DNA from: Octopus sinensis
Taxonomy: Eukaryota
NCBI RefSeq assembly: GCF_006345805.1
Contig: NC_043003.1
Span: forward strand, 53,692,001 to 53,756,000
Direction of reading: 5' to 3'
Length of the DNA: 64,000 bases
A program made the translations under genes and the position numbers. Positions 35,751 through 50,521 of the stretch are shown here, in pieces. The notes under the pieces are model-generated. The model did not search any database. It was not told where the DNA came from and saw only the letters and a program-made list of their open reading frames with translations. Every line of letters begins with the position of its first letter. Within the stretch, counting starts at the first letter, position 1.

Positions 35751-38700
35751 GTGAGTAATCTGGTATAGATTCTCTTTATTGAATCTTTATTAGTTTCTCA
35801 TGATCTGAAGGTTTTAAACTGCTTCAGCACAAATGCAGACTTTTAAACCCATTTCCAATAACAGATTATGTAAACAAATTATCTTTCTGTTTTACTTTCT
35901 CATGCTGAGTTTTGTGCAGCTAGTAGTGAGTTATTTTGTGTGACGGTCAAGTTTTGTTATAATCTTCTTCTCTAGACTACAAGCTATATTAAAGATTATC
36001 ATGGAATTTGTAATGGTAGCATTACAGAAATCATGTCACACTTATTAGTTTTTTACATTATACGTTATCATAGTAATTAGAATTAATTTAATTGGCGTTA
36101 AATAACTTTTTATATCATTGTATATGATGTGATATTTTGATGTCACAGGTTGTGGTGTTACAATGAGAGGCTGTGTTGTAGATGTTTGTACAAGAAATAC
36201 ATTACCAACAAGCAAGTATTTGAATGGGAATGAATGTCAGGGGAACTAAGTTCTCTCACCTCTTTTTGTTCTCCCCAATCTCAGCTATATTGTGATCCCT
36301 TGATAAAAATATTTCTCCTGACTTTACAGAGGCGTTTGATGTCTGCTTTGCTTCTGACTTCACTTAGTTCTCAGACAGCATTTTCCCATTTGGATTTTGT
36401 CTTCCTAGTCCTCTTGCCTTACCATTTACTGTAATAAAGCTGTTAAAAGTAACAACTTCTTTAATCCCAAAACTCCAGCAAAATAAGCTCATCAATTAAT
36501 GTTCACAATATCTCCCTCAAATAATGCATTCTAACTCCCCCTTATCCTTACCATATTCACCAATCTTGTTCTTTTTACTTTTGTTTACTTCAAAACATCT
36601 GACCATATCCAAGAGACTTTTTTTCAGCTCTTCTACTTGTTGATCTTTCCTCAGCAATTCAAATATAATAGAAACTATTGTAACTGATCACTTTGATCAT
36701 ATTCATTATCATTAATATGGGTTCTGAAGACATTTTGCATAACACAGTTCAAGTCCTTTGCTTTGACAAATTTGATGGAATCAAATTATTTGACATAGTA
36801 CCTTCTGATAAAGTGAACTGCCTATTTCTAATTATTATGGTCACCCAGCATACCTATTTCTAATAATTACGATGCCCTAGCATGGCCACAGCCTCAAGGC
36901 TGAAACATATAAATAAAAAGGGACCTAGATTGCGTGTTTTCTGATAGGATTCCTTTGGTGCAGATATCAAGGAGGGAGACTTTTCTCACTTTTTTATATT
37001 ATTACAACTTGTTTGGCAGCTTACTTTCCCCTCGCTTGTCTTTCATCATTATCATTGTTTAACATCCATTTTCCATGCTGGCATGGGTTGAATGGTTTGA
37101 CTGAGGTCTGGAGAGCCAGCAGCTGCACCAGGCTCCAATCTGATCTGGTAATGTTTTATAGCTGGATGCCAACCACTTCAAGAGTGTAGTGAGTGCTTTT
37201 CATGTGCCACTGGCACAGGAGCCAGTCATGTTCGGATAGTGCTTTTTACGTGCCACCAGCATGGGGGCCAGTCAGTTGGTACTGGCAAGTAATGGTCTAA
37301 AATTTCTATACAATTTAATATCAACAAAAATTGTCAACCCACCTGCATGCAACAGCTTTATAATGCAGGCATTATACACTTCAAGCAAGACAAATTTACA
37401 ACACTACATTCTCACTGCTACTGAAAGATACACAACAAAAACAGGCGTAGCATTAATTTTCTATGGCTAATACGTACATTGACACACATATACCAAATAA
37501 CCAAAGTTGTCATGAAAACTTGATTTCTGTTTTAGAAATAGAAAATAATTAACTCCACACAGGTGATGACTGTATTCATTTGGAACTATATCTTGGACTA
37601 TATCCAATATAAAGCTGCTTGACATCTGACTGGCAAATCTTGTTCTCTGTCAAATTGTCCTCCCATTCTTACCTTCTACATTAATACTAAAATGACATGT
37701 GTTCCTCTGAATATGTTACCTGTGTACTTGTTTCTCAGAAGTCCACTTTACTCTCCTCATCCTCCAATTGATATATATATTGCACTATATTTGATTTATC
37801 TGAATCTTTCTCTTTAATATCATCTCTCCAGAAATCTCCTGTGTTAGCTTACGTATTTCATCCATGTATTGAGTTTCTAAAGTAAACAATAAAAAGAGAT
37901 AAAATGTTTGTTTCCCAACCACATGGCTTCATGTTCAGTCCTACTGTGTAGCACTAGGGCAAATGTTTTTTACTGTAGCCCTGGGCTGATTAAAGCCTTG
38001 CAAGTGGACTTGGTAGATAGAAAGTGAAAGAAGTTCATCCTTGTGTGTGTGTGTGTTTGTCTCCTACTTGACAACTGTGTTAGTGTGCTTACATCCCCCA
38101 TAACTTAGCAGTTCATCAAAAGAACCAATAGAATAAGTGTTAGGCTTTAAAAAGAAATAAGTACTGTGGTCTGGTTGGTCAACTAAAACTCTTCAAGGTG
38201 GGTGTTCCAGCATGGCTGCAATCTCATGACTGAAGCAAGTAAAAGAAAGAATTATCCCTTCTCATTAGCAGAGCATTTGAAAAGCCATTGACTGCATTTT
38301 TTTTTTGTAAGATTAACTACCAGAAAACAGAGTCAAAGCACTGGGTATTATTGTCCTTACCCTCAGTAACCATCAACACAGCTTATGTAGAACCAAGTGT
38401 GGTCCCTCACCTTTGAAAACTTGAGTGGAAACTTGTTTTGCACTTGATACAAACAGCCTTCAATCATGTATAGATAAGCACCTCTTATCTTTTACAGAGA
38501 GCTCCATTGGCATGTGCTGATGAAGCCTTCTCCAACTCACATTCTAAACTCTTGTGTAATCTAAAGTTCTTATATCCTACAAGCTGTCGACCCTAATATA
38601 CACTCATAGGAATTACTGTCCATCACTCCTCTGTCAACCTTTCATACTCAGATATCATCCATATGCAATCTAAATGCCATGTCAAACATAAACAGGTACT

Positions 38701-38841
38701 CTGAGAGAACCATCTTTAACAACCTAGTCTCTTTCAATAGCATAAAAACTCAATGGTAGCACAAATACTGACCTACTCTAATCCTGAAAAACATACCATT
38801 TAAATTCACCTCTACAGATGTTAAACCTGATGATCTTAGAT

Positions 38842-39340
38842 CAGGGGCAGAGAAACTTTTTACTGTGATGAGCAAAAATTTCCAAAGAAAAAGGTCCGTG
38901 GGTGGATCACAAGTTCTAACTCTTATATCTGTGTAAATCTTGTAATGATTAATTTGATATATATTAATAAAGATAAGTTTAACACATTAAATTAATGTGT
39001 AATATCTTCATTAACGCAGCCACTGAATTTAGGATATTTATATTACTCATGAGATATTCTATATCTTTCAGCTAAAGTGTTATTGGGTCTCAACGGGGTG
39101 GTACAAACCTAGCAATATGTGTTCTATAGTGAAAACAAAATTTCCATCCAAATGGCAATTACTGGGCGATTTTCAGTTCGAGTCTAATTGTTTTAAGTTG
39201 TAGTAAAAATGTGACCTATATCACATATAGGTATACGAATATTGTATAAATTTTATAATTGAAAAATTTATTATTCTTTGTACATACAAGCCTGTGGGCA
39301 CAATAAAATGGACTCGCAGGCGGGGGTTTCCCCACCCCTG
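38842..39340. mobile_element. hAT (Charlie-like) non-autonomous element, 499 bp, 8-bp TSD
   Basis: TSD tcttagat at 38834-38841 and 39341-39348; TIRs caggggcagagaaac / gtttccccacccctg. Confidence 0.92.
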
Positions 39341-40191
39341 TCTTAGATGTTTCTCATGGCAACTCTCACTTATATGACATTGCTAAAACTACATCACAAG
39401 ACTATGATTCCTGTTTTGAGCATAGAAATATTTCATCTCTGATCAGTTGCTATCCTTCTGCAAAGCTCTACCCTCAGAATACTGCTTATATGTATTGTGC
39501 CACTGTCAGAGAACTGACAGATTAGCAAAGATTCATTTGCCAACATGCTCCCAACACTAGTTCGCAAACATACTGTTTCTCCTTGCTGCCTCTTCTATCA
39601 TTACTGCAATAGTCTTTGCTCCTCTGTCTTTGCAATCTACTTGATCTCTCCCCTCAGGTGGACTTACCTCGTATTTCTTCTCATGTCCATTACTATGTCT
39701 CACCTTCTAGACCCTTGCTGAACACTTCACCCAGTTCTTCCTCCGTAGTACTGTAAGCCCCTGGAAGTTCTTGTTGGCACATGCTAACTACCTTCATAAA
39801 ATTTTTGCAGCCAGAATCTTATGACAACTTTTTATTGTATGGCTGTAATTCTTCTTGGGAAAAGAGGTTTAAAATTTAGTTGTAGTGCTTAAAAGTCAAT
39901 GATCAAAGCTGCATAACAATACTGCAGGAAGATTAGAATGTAAGTTATACATTGATACATATAGCCATTATGATTAAAAATGGTTTTTCACAAAATACTC
40001 ATTCTCTTTTTCTTTCGTTCTCAGCTTCCAGTATTTATGAAAAGTAAGAAGTACTCCAAATACTTATAAAAAAGATTTTCTTGTTGCTAAACCATTTTAT
40101 TTTTGTTTCTTGAAGGCATAACATCTTGATGTATCGGCATCACATCATCTGAACAGACCTTTACTTTGACAGATACTCTATAACTTACAAC

Positions 40192-40228
40192 ATGCTTCCG
40201 TTAGATCAAAAAGGAAGTGCCAAACCTG
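40192..40228 (+). CDS. egh: egghead first coding exon (exon 40116-40228), MLPLDQKGSAKP + phase-1 G
   Basis: Acceptor ttttgtttcttgaag|40116 and donor cctg|gtaagt. The phase-1 G joins GC at 42732 to give an open frame into the 467-aa ORF. Confidence 0.7.
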
Positions 40229-41759
40229 GTAAGTTGTTTTCATACATTGAATTGAAATATTCTATAATAACCAAAATATATATATTGCCTAAATATTTTT
40301 AAACTCAAAAATCTGTATTTATAAATCAGTTTAGTTTATTATATTGTGAACTTATCTTCAAATAGCCATTTGACAAATAGTTTGTGCCTGAAGATTTCAA
40401 AGGACATTTTCGTTTCTTGTCAGTTGGTTATACTGGGTTACCATAATTTATATGAATACAATATAAAATATTTATTGAGAAATATCCTCTCTTGTTATAA
40501 AATATACAAATGCAGTTCAGTGCCACTACTAGACTTGAGTTAGAATAGAATAAACTTTCATAGACTTTTAAGTTTTATAAATGGCATTCAGATTTGTGAT
40601 CAGGTAATGTAATGATAACTAAGTGTTTGATCTTCATGTGACATTCTTGTTTTTCATGCATACATGAATTGTATATATAGCATATGTTCATACATAGATA
40701 CACACAGTGCATATGATGTTGTATGCTTGTTAAAGTGTCATAAGTTGTAAGTGAATAGTATATACAGAAGAGATAGATGAAAGATGACTTGGAAAATATA
40801 GCTTGATCAGACCAGAAAGCTGCAAGCTTCAGAGATGAGATTGTTACAGAATCAAATTGATAAAAGAGATTATGTATTTTTCTATCCATGCTCAGACAAA
40901 AAATATTTAATAATGTATCATTATCACAATCATTGTCATTGTTTAAGATTTGTTTTCAAGTGAGTTAGATAACCCAGTCATGCATTTCCCTAGTTATCAC
41001 AATCTTTGGTCATTCTGCTTATTCTCATAGTTATATGAACGCCTTCCACCATCAAAATATGGAACATTTTTACCTAGCACTCATCCTTTTACATTAACTG
41101 TACCGTTTGTCTTGCACACATTGGCTGATGCCTTATAGTACCTCGTTATTCTCACAAGTTACCTTTCTCTGGCTTTCATGTAAATTAATTTTGCTCATCA
41201 AATGAATCATATTTGGCTCATTTCTCTCTAGCCACTGCTGATTTTGTATATTCAATGCTCATAGCACTACATAGTGTTACTCTTGGATGCATGCTTTATA
41301 CAGGTTTTGATTATTGCCAACAGAAACAGCATCTCTTTAAATTTCTTCCGTCTCTTAGCTACATCACTTCTTCATCATCATTTCAATGTTTTATTTTGCT
41401 GACAAGAATGGATCTGAAAACTTCCATTCAGATCCAGCCTTATACCTCTTTCATAAAGCCTCCTCCCTCAATACTACTCCCTACTTCATTTGAGAAGTCT
41501 CATTAGTGCTAGTGCCATGTAAAAAGCACCCACTACATTCTGTGAAGTAGTTGGCTTCAGGAAGGGCATCTAGCTATAGGAAACCATGCCAAAGAAGACA
41601 TTAGAGGAGCTTGACACAGTCCTCTGGCTTACCAGCTCCTGTCAAACTCATGCCAGCATGGAAAACGGATATTTGATGATGATGTAACGTTCATGTGTAT
41701 TATATATCAGTTCCAATACAGTTGTCATTTCAGTTTACTTGGACTATAGCTTCACATGT

Positions 41760-42040
41760 GGAGACACATGGCCTTGTGGCTAGAGCAGCGGACTTGTGGT
41801 CGAGGGATCGCGGGTTCAAATCTCAGACTGGGCGATGTGTGTGTTTATGAGCGAAACACCTAAGCTCCACACAGCTCCGGTAGATGGTAATGGCAAACTT
41901 CTGCTGACTCTTTCGCCACAACTTCCTCTCACTCTTTCCTTCTGCATCTTGCAGCTCACCTGCAATGGACCGGCGTTCCATGCCAAGGAAACCGAGAAAC
42001 CGACCCTTATGAGCCAGGCGTAGCTCAAGAAGGAGCAAAC
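41760..42040 (+). mobile_element. tRNA-derived SINE (gaaaccg..cccttatgagcc tail family); relative at 61960-62205
   Basis: A box tggccttgtgg, B box gggttcaaatc; 3' tail shared with 62155-62203. Confidence 0.8.
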
Positions 42041-42731
42041 ATATCTCCACATAATTTTAAAATTACACACTTAATAGAACATATGCAGTTCATCTGCCTA
42101 TAGTTACTACCATAACTTTTATATAAATTACCCATGATTCATTGCCATGCAGCATTGTACTATTCAATTTATGTAACCTGAATTTTACACACTGAGAGAA
42201 TCGTTTTATCAATAAAAGTATCTGTGTCCTTAAACTATTTTCATCCACTTCTAAATTTGGTCAGTATACTCTCACTAGAACCACCTCCAAAATTATTGAA
42301 ATCATCTGAAACTATACCCAGTGATATAGAACCTATCTCCTACCAGCCAGTCATCTGCCACAGTACATTGTTATTATTTGCAGCTGATTTCACTACGAAT
42401 TTTTCTTATGCATTTGATGCATTTATTTGTACTTACTAAAACTCTGGAGTAACTGTTAAAAAAAACTTTCATAATGCAAATGGTATTGGATATGTCAATG
42501 CATTCAAATAAAATGAAACACAAAGTTAAATGGAACTTTCTGAGGGATTTGATAAAAGTTTCCTGCCGCTAAAGGTTATATGTCAACAAGTCTGTTGTAT
42601 GGTTGGATAACACTGATTTTATAATGGTTGTAGTTAACTAGTTTTTAAGTTAAAAACGTATAGTCTTTATATTATTTTATGAAATTGTATAATATTTGTA
42701 TACACAATTAAAAAAATTTTTTTTTTTTCAG

Positions 42732-44194
42732 GCAGCAACCATAAACGTTTTGTCCCATTACGAAGGCAATACCGGAGAGTTCGCATTCGTATGGATGGAC
42801 GATTACTACATTGCCTTATGGTATCTTTGTTGTTATTCATAATTGCTGTCAGTATCTTCCAAGCAAGTGGAATGATTGGTGCCATTACTGCACCCCCTGC
42901 TGAAGTCCTTAGTAGTTATAAAACATCCTCACTCTTAATTCTATATTTGCTCCGTCTCATGACACTGATGCCTTTACCACTGACCCTTTTTAATTTTGCT
43001 GGAATTGTCTCATTCAACACTTTTCCCAGAAAACCAAAACTACGAGGATCTACTCTCTTTGGACCGTTTATTTGTTTTCGAGTGGTTACAAAAGGTCTGT
43101 TCCCTAAATTGGTTCGCAGTAATGTTACCAAAAATCTGGAAATATGCAGTCAGCTTGGTTTTGATAATTTTGTTTTTGAAGTTGTGACAGATGAAGCAGT
43201 TCAACTCCCTAAACTACCTCGAGTTCGAGAACTTATTGTTCCTAATGAGTATCGAAGCTCCAAAGGTACTTTGTACAAGGCTCGTGCTTTGAATTATTGC
43301 CTGGAAGAAGGAATTAATTATCTTAATGATAATGACTGGATTGTCCATCTGGATGAAGAAACACTCTTGACAGAATCCTCATTAGTTGGCATTATCAACT
43401 TTATTAATGAAGGTAAACATGATTTTGGCCAAGGTGTAATCACTTATGCAGATGGAGAAATTGTCAATTGGTTAACAACACTTTCTGATGTTGTTCGAGT
43501 TGGAATGGATTATGGAATGTTGCGTTTTTGTCTCAAGTTTCTTCATAAACCTGTCTTCAGCTGGAAAGGATCTTTTATTGTCTCAAATGCAGGTGTTGAA
43601 AGAAAAATAACTTATGACTTTGGTCCAGATGGAAGCATTGCTGAAGACTGCTTTTTTGCTATGTCAGCTTGGCGAGATGGCCATACTTTTGGATTTGTTG
43701 AGGGAGATATGCATGAAAAAAGTACTTTTTCTCTTGTAGACTATATAAAACAACGCAAGAGATGGGTACAGGGTATTTTACTTGTTCTCTTCAGTCGTAT
43801 GTTACCATGGCGCTGCAAGATGGGTCTCTCTGTGATGATTCTCTCTTGGCTTACTTTACCATTTACTGTACCTAATATAATTTTAGTTCTTCTTTTCCCT
43901 TTACCCATGCCAACAATAGTAAATGCCCTTTGTGGTTTTATTGGGGGTACTGTAGTATTTCTATTTATTTTTGGAGCAATAAAATCTTTCTCTTTAAGAA
44001 ATATGGGGCGCTGTCAATATATTCTGTTATGTCTTGCTCCTATTTTGGTTGCTCCTCTCGCCATGATAATGGAAAGTATTAGTGTAATCTGGGCCATTTT
44101 TGGTCATCAGAATCATGTCTTTGATGTAGTTAATAAAGAAAGTAACAGTACTTCAAAAGACTTGGAATCTGCTGATCCTGTAGAAACTGTTTAA
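42732..44194 (+). CDS. egh: Beta-1,4-mannosyltransferase egghead/BRE-3 (GT2), terminal coding exon
   Basis: 467-aa ORF from the ATG at 42791 with FRVVTKG, YKARALNYCLE, WIVHLDEET, SIAEDCFF, QRKRW (QxxRW) and N- and C-terminal TM segments typical of egh/bre-3. The acceptor (t)n-cag at 42731 has an open frame upstream of the ATG; the spliced product is ~499 aa. Confidence 0.95.
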
Positions 44195-46030
44195 CATTTA
44201 GACACAGAGTCAAGAACTATTAACAAAAAAAAATTTAAAGACACTATAATAAATTATGTAAAAATTAATATACAAATATTTTCTAATTTTTTTCTGTTAA
44301 AAAAAAAAAGAATCCAAAATTACCATACAATTAAAATTGCATGAAATCATATATTGGATACCACCATTTCAGCTACATAATGTCTTGTTTATGAATGTTT
44401 ATAGTTAACCATCAAGTTTTTTAATCAGCTTTACATTTGTTTTTGTTTTGTTTTTAGTTAACTTAATTTTATGTTTTTTTAATTTTATTCTTCAGTTTAA
44501 TTGTCCTGCTCTCAAATATTCTGTCTTAATTAAATACTAGGTTTAAAAGAATTCTATCTCATGTGAATTTGACCGATTCATCCTGAAATAATGATGCAAA
44601 ATGCTATATTTAGTTTGATGTTCCTTAAATGTTGCTGGTAATGTCATAATCTTTCAACTGGAAAAAAAAAAAAAATTAACCTAACTTTTTTAATGTTTCA
44701 GCAGTCTTTGGTAAAATTGATATCTGGAACTTGCCCTTTATTTAATTTTTTTAATTACCTCTACATGTTATATATTTCTTAGAATGGTTAGGTGAAACAT
44801 ATTAGAATTCACACACATTTGGGATTTAGATGAAAATTTCAGTTTTTGTTAACTATATTTGATTTTAATTTGATGGCAGTTTAAACTCATAGTTTCATTA
44901 TTTTTTTTTTTTTAGCTAAATTTAAATTTAGTATTTAGCAATATGAATATTAGTTTTCTGGTAATGAATTTATTTAAATGTCATTGAAATTATTGAAATG
45001 TTTTCTGTTTATGGTATTAATATGGGCAGAGTACTTAAACTTACATAAAATTTTACAGTTCATTTCTTCTCATGCATTTCAACCTCTGGTCTAACTTTTT
45101 GATAAAAGTATTTTAGGCTATTTATTTTATATGTATTTTTTTTCCTAAGGATGTTTATTGCTTTTAGAATCAGATATCAAATTACTGTATAGATTTACTA
45201 AAATATTTGAGATTAGCATGGCATTAGCAGCTAGGTAGTTATTTTAATTAGCTTTACAGTTTAGTTATCATAGGCATAAAATTTTACTTAAACAGAAATA
45301 GATTTTTTTTATATAAAAGTATTTGAATCCTTTCATCACAACCTTTTATATTTTACTCATTTCTTTTGGACTGATATTTAAAATAAATCATAAAAATATT
45401 TGTTTATTTCAAGGCTCTCATATTAGAAAATAAAATTTTAAAAGAACTACCTCAAAATTTTTATCAAATATTGATCAGTCACATTTGTCAATTTTTCAAA
45501 ATACAATTAAGCAGCATAATATTCAAAATAGATACCAAATCATGTTAACTGAATGAGCAACCCATTTCAAGTTGCCATTTCAGAAAACCTGTTTATCTGT
45601 CACAAAACATTTGGTAGATTTAATATACTAAGATTTTGAAATAGACATTGTTAAAGAAAATAATTTCTAAAAATAACTTAGCAGTTTTTGAGCTGATCAG
45701 ATTTTATATGGTATGTGAATTTATCTGTTGTTAGCTGATTGTTCATTTTACATGTTCGGAGTGTAGATATTTAATAGTTTTCTGGCTTCTGCTAGGGCAC
45801 TGAATTGAATGCATTCCAAAATGGAGTCTCGTGGTTCACATCTCTTTTCAATTCGTCCTTCCAGATTTGATAAAATATGTACTGGTTATATACTGGAGTC
45901 AAGCCACTACTACTATTGTTGTCTTACAGAAATTTCTACCAACAAAATTTATGTAGCCTATCTTTTCAACAATATTTCCTGAAATATTTCTGCTTTAAGA
46001 TAAAGAGAAGAAATTGAAAAATAAACAATA
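44195..46030 (+). other. Probable long AT-rich egh 3' UTR
   Basis: About 2 kb free of the SINE and RTE-tail repeats, with several AATAAA (e.g. near 45430 and 46020). The true end is unknown. Confidence 0.4.
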
Positions 46031-49000
46031 AATGATAGTTAAATAAAACTCAAGATGAAACAGTAATATTAAATTTGGATTGTTAAATAGTAGACAAGAA
46101 TTGTAAATTTTTATAGTTAATGACAGTCCAGGTTAAGAAGATTACTAATCTTACAGGAAATAAACTTGGATTGGATTTCTGTTCAGTATATCAGTCTCTT
46201 AATGCATCTCTGATTTTCATGGGATGAAGTGAATAAGATAAACCTTTATATGAATACTCTGCAAGTCTGTTGTAAACTTTCCCTGCATGTAGCACTGAAT
46301 TCAACACTGCACATTGCTGTGGCACTCATCAACATTATGTTGTGGCCATCATTTGCAGCTGTGAGTTAATACCACCATATAGTAGTTACAGCTCCATGGA
46401 CTTGGCTTTTGAGGCTTAAGCGTCTTGACCACAAATACAAATGGAAGTGCCTGTGACATGATATGAACAACTAAGTTCTCTAGTCATTGTTACCCTATAA
46501 ATGTGATCAGTTGTACTTTGGAAAGAGCATAATTAAATCATTGAACTATAATACAATGATGTACTTTTAAAAATATACAAGTATATATTGTTGGCATTAG
46601 AAAGGAGTTCCAGCTGTAGATACCATACTAAAGTAGACATAGGAGCTTGAGGCTGTCCTCTGACTTGCTGGCTCCTCTCAAACTGTCTAACCTATACCAG
46701 CATGGAAAACATACATAAAATGATAATGACAGTCAGTGATGTTGTTTGTGATGGAAAGATGCAGTCATAAAGTATGTAATAGTTCTATGGCTACAGCATT
46801 TCAAATTTTAAATTACAATGCTTCATTTGGTCAATTTAGAAGTTGTTGACGTCATATTTGTATTAATCAGGAAATAAGGTACATTTTTTTTTCATATATT
46901 TTTCAGAAACAATAATACCCCTGTCTATCCCCATCTCTCCTCCCCTTGTTCTCTCTCTCTCTTATGCACACGTATTTTATGGGAACTGTTACGTGTGAAG
47001 ATTGTTATAGTGTCATTCTTCAATTTAAAAACAAAATGTATTAATGAAAAACTTCAAAGATTCTCATTGAGAAATTGTGATTTCTTGAGGCCTTGATTGT
47101 TACTAATACATTTCATAAGAGACAGTGAATATATATTTATCTTATACCCACTGCCACAAAACCCTGCAATAAACTCATCTCATTCACACACACACACATG
47201 CTATGAAGATAGAAAATCTGTGCATGGATAGTTGTTTTTTTATTGTCAGAAATTAAATGGTTCGATAAAAAAATAAAAAATTAGTCAATATTTTTACTAT
47301 TCAGTGAATAATTAGTTGTTTTGAATAATTGAAGGTAGCAAAAAATAGATTCCTTTTTATTATTTTAGTGGATTAATATGTTAGATAACAATTAGGCAAA
47401 ACAGAATATTGATCTAGTTTTAGATTATATCATCATTGTTATAATGAGTTAGAAATCATAAGATTTTAGCACCAATTCTATTTGAAAGTAATTACATATC
47501 GCCAATCTCTGTCTCTTTATCTTTGACAACCAGTATTTATATCATGATAATTGAACTTCAAATAAATTCATGTCTACAGTTTTTGTGTTAAAAGTATCAC
47601 GTTTATGTTGACATCAGATTATTTGTTTAATTTCCAAATCTACTGTATTTTATTTCAACTTACCATTTCGCAAGTATAACTCCTCTTCCTCACCATACAC
47701 ACACACACACACCGACCCACTCTTGTTAAATTCAGTAATTTATTGGTTTCATAATTTCATATCCGCATTTTGTAAATTTCGCTTTAATCACCTCACAAAA
47801 AAACCCATCTTCAATTTTCAAACTGATCAGATGCACTCCCAAATTATCTCCCCCCTGTATGCATTTCTCTCCCTTGTCATATTTGTCTGCGCTTTCCATT
47901 AAACAAACTTAAAAGAAACTTATTTTTTGCTTTACAGAGAATTTTTTAATCATTAATTTGCTTAGCAATTACCTTATCAAAATATATATATAAAATTTAC
48001 AATACATTATATATTTTCGAAATTAGGTTTCATATCTGTGACGATTGCTTTGAAAATATTTTTCATTCCCAATCCCAAAATTAGATTTTTTTTTTCTCAT
48101 AATTTACCAATTCCTCGTTATTAATAAAGGTCATTGTTTTTGTTAATAGCCTTTTTTATTATTTTTATTACTGTCATTATTTTTTTTTTTTTTTTTGACA
48201 ATCTTAAATCTGTTTTAACAATGCAGGGTTTTATTTTTAAAAACATGATTCTGCTTGACTCAAACTTGCCAGTTAAAAAAGTGAAAAATATTCTGTCTGA
48301 TATCGTGATATTACATTCCCATATTGTCAGTGGTTTGTTAATGTTGGACTCATTAACATGAAAACATTTTTATAGATTGTATATGTTGAATTTTGTTCAG
48401 TCAAATAATAAAAATGATTTCCTGCAATTTTTAAAAATCTATGAAGTTTTATTATTATTATTGTCGTTGTTTCTATTGTTAAGGTGGCAAGGTGACTCGA
48501 TGTCAGTGCAATCAACTAGTTCCTGTCTTGCAAATTTCAGGCCTTCTGCCCAAAGAAGAAAGAATTGTTGTTAAGGCAGCAAGCTGGCAGAAATGTTATT
48601 GTGCCACACAAAATGCCTAGTGGCATTTTTTTCAGCTTCTCTTTCTAATGAAGGGTAAAGAGTAACTTGCCCTTCATCCTTTCAGGGTTGATGAAATAAG
48701 TACCATTTGAGAAATAGGGTCAATGTAATTGACTAGGCTCCTCAAAATTTCAGGCCTTGTTCCAATAGGGGAAAGAATTATTATTATTGTCATCTTTGTT
48801 GTTAAGGCAGCAAGTTAGCAGAATTGTTAGCATGATGGACAAGCTACTTTGCAACATTTCTTTTGGCTTTGCATTCTGCTTTCAGATTCCGGTCGTTGCC
48901 AGTACTGCCTGACTGGCCCTCGTGCCGGTGGCACATAAAAGCACCCACAACACTTTCGGAGAAGTTGGCGTTAGGAGGAGCATCCAGCTGTAGAAAATCT

Positions 49001-50301
49001 GCCAGATCAGATTGGAGCCTGGTGCAGCCATCTGGTTCACCAGTCCCCAGTCAAACCATCCAACATATGCCAGCATGGCAAGCGAACGTTAAACGATGAT
49101 GATGATGATTAACTTTTTGGAGTCAGTAAAATAAGTACCAGGCAAATAACCCTGGTCAACAACCAAAATACTTCTGAGACCACTGTAGCAATTTCCAACT
49201 AATTTTAGGTCACTGATAATGGATATCATGGTTAAAACTGATTGTTAGCTCTACCTTTTAAGATACACGTATATGTTACAACAGGTTTGCAGCAGTATGT
49301 TTCTTATGCACTCAGTCCCACTGGTCTTCAGTATTGTTCCAGCAGTCATAGGAGGTGGTTGTTCTGTGCAAGTTTATATACTCAGGTGAAAGGGAAATGA
49401 TTTTCCTAGTCAAAAATTTTTTAAACTTATAATAAATATTATTGAGCAAGAGAGGCATTTTATATTACTTTTATTTTTTTTACTGAATGATATAAACACA
49501 TCTGCTAAGGTATCATGTTCTGTATTATAATGATAGATTTATGAACAAATTTTCTGTTTATCTGCTAATTGTTTGTTGTTTTCCTCTTTAAAATGCCTTG
49601 CACTTGTGTAAATAAGGCAGACAACATCTACTACATTTGTGGTGAGATGACCTTTGCAGCGCAGAAGTGCTGTATAACTGCTATGGTTATAAAGTTATAT
49701 CACCTATATTTTGAATGCAAGATTGGCGACTAAGATAAGAAGTGGGCTCCTCACATGTGCTGCAACACTTGTGGTACTAGCCTTCGGCAATGGTTGAATA
49801 AGAAGAGGAAAGGAATGTCTATTGTTGAGCTGATGACATGGCGGGAGCCAACAGACCATACCAACAATTGTTATTTCTGCATAATACCTCTAGTAAAGAA
49901 AGGCTTGTCAAAGAAGAAAAAAAGAGTCCACTGAATATCCAAACATTCAATTAGCTATTCACCCAGTTCTACGTGGAGAAGGCCTATAGGCCAATCTGTT
50001 CCTGATGCACCAACTTCGATATTCTTTAAGTCAGATGAAGTAAGTGGTGAGGAGGAAGCAGAGATGTATGACAGTGCTGGATTTTGATGAAACATACTTC
50101 CTTAGACCACATCTCATAATACGAGGGGAACTCCATGACCTTGTCAAGGATCTACAACTACCTGAGAATAAGGCAGAGCTACTAAGCTCTCGTCTTCATC
50201 AGTGGAATCTCCTAATAGCTGATGTGAAAATTTCAAAATTTCATGACCGTCAGCAATTCCTTCATAATGAAAGGTGATTTATTGGCCTGCAACAATATTA
50301 A

Positions 50302-50521
50302 CCCTTTTGTTACCAACCTGGCTGAAACCGGCCCTAGCTCTGAGTACAAATGTCTTGTTTTCATAAGTTTTGAATTAAAATCTTCCACCGAACCTCAGTC
50401 ACAATTTATGTTCCTAACACTAGCTGAATGATAACTAAGTTATTTTATTAAATTCTTTGTTATATTTAGAGTAATTGAAAGAAACACAGAGCATCTCAAG
50501 ATAAATACAGTAACGAAAGGG
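50302..50521. mobile_element. piggyBac-type MITE family A inside the transposase
   Basis: ttaa|cccttttgttac ... gtaacgaaaggg|ttaa; removing it restores ..NNINGLMEALDIEY. Confidence 0.92.

Noticed and set aside
42791-44194. egh as a retrocopy or horizontal acquisition because the ORF is intronless
   Set aside because: It has a proper acceptor and an upstream coding exon, host-like AT content, and egh/bre-3 is an established invertebrate gene family.
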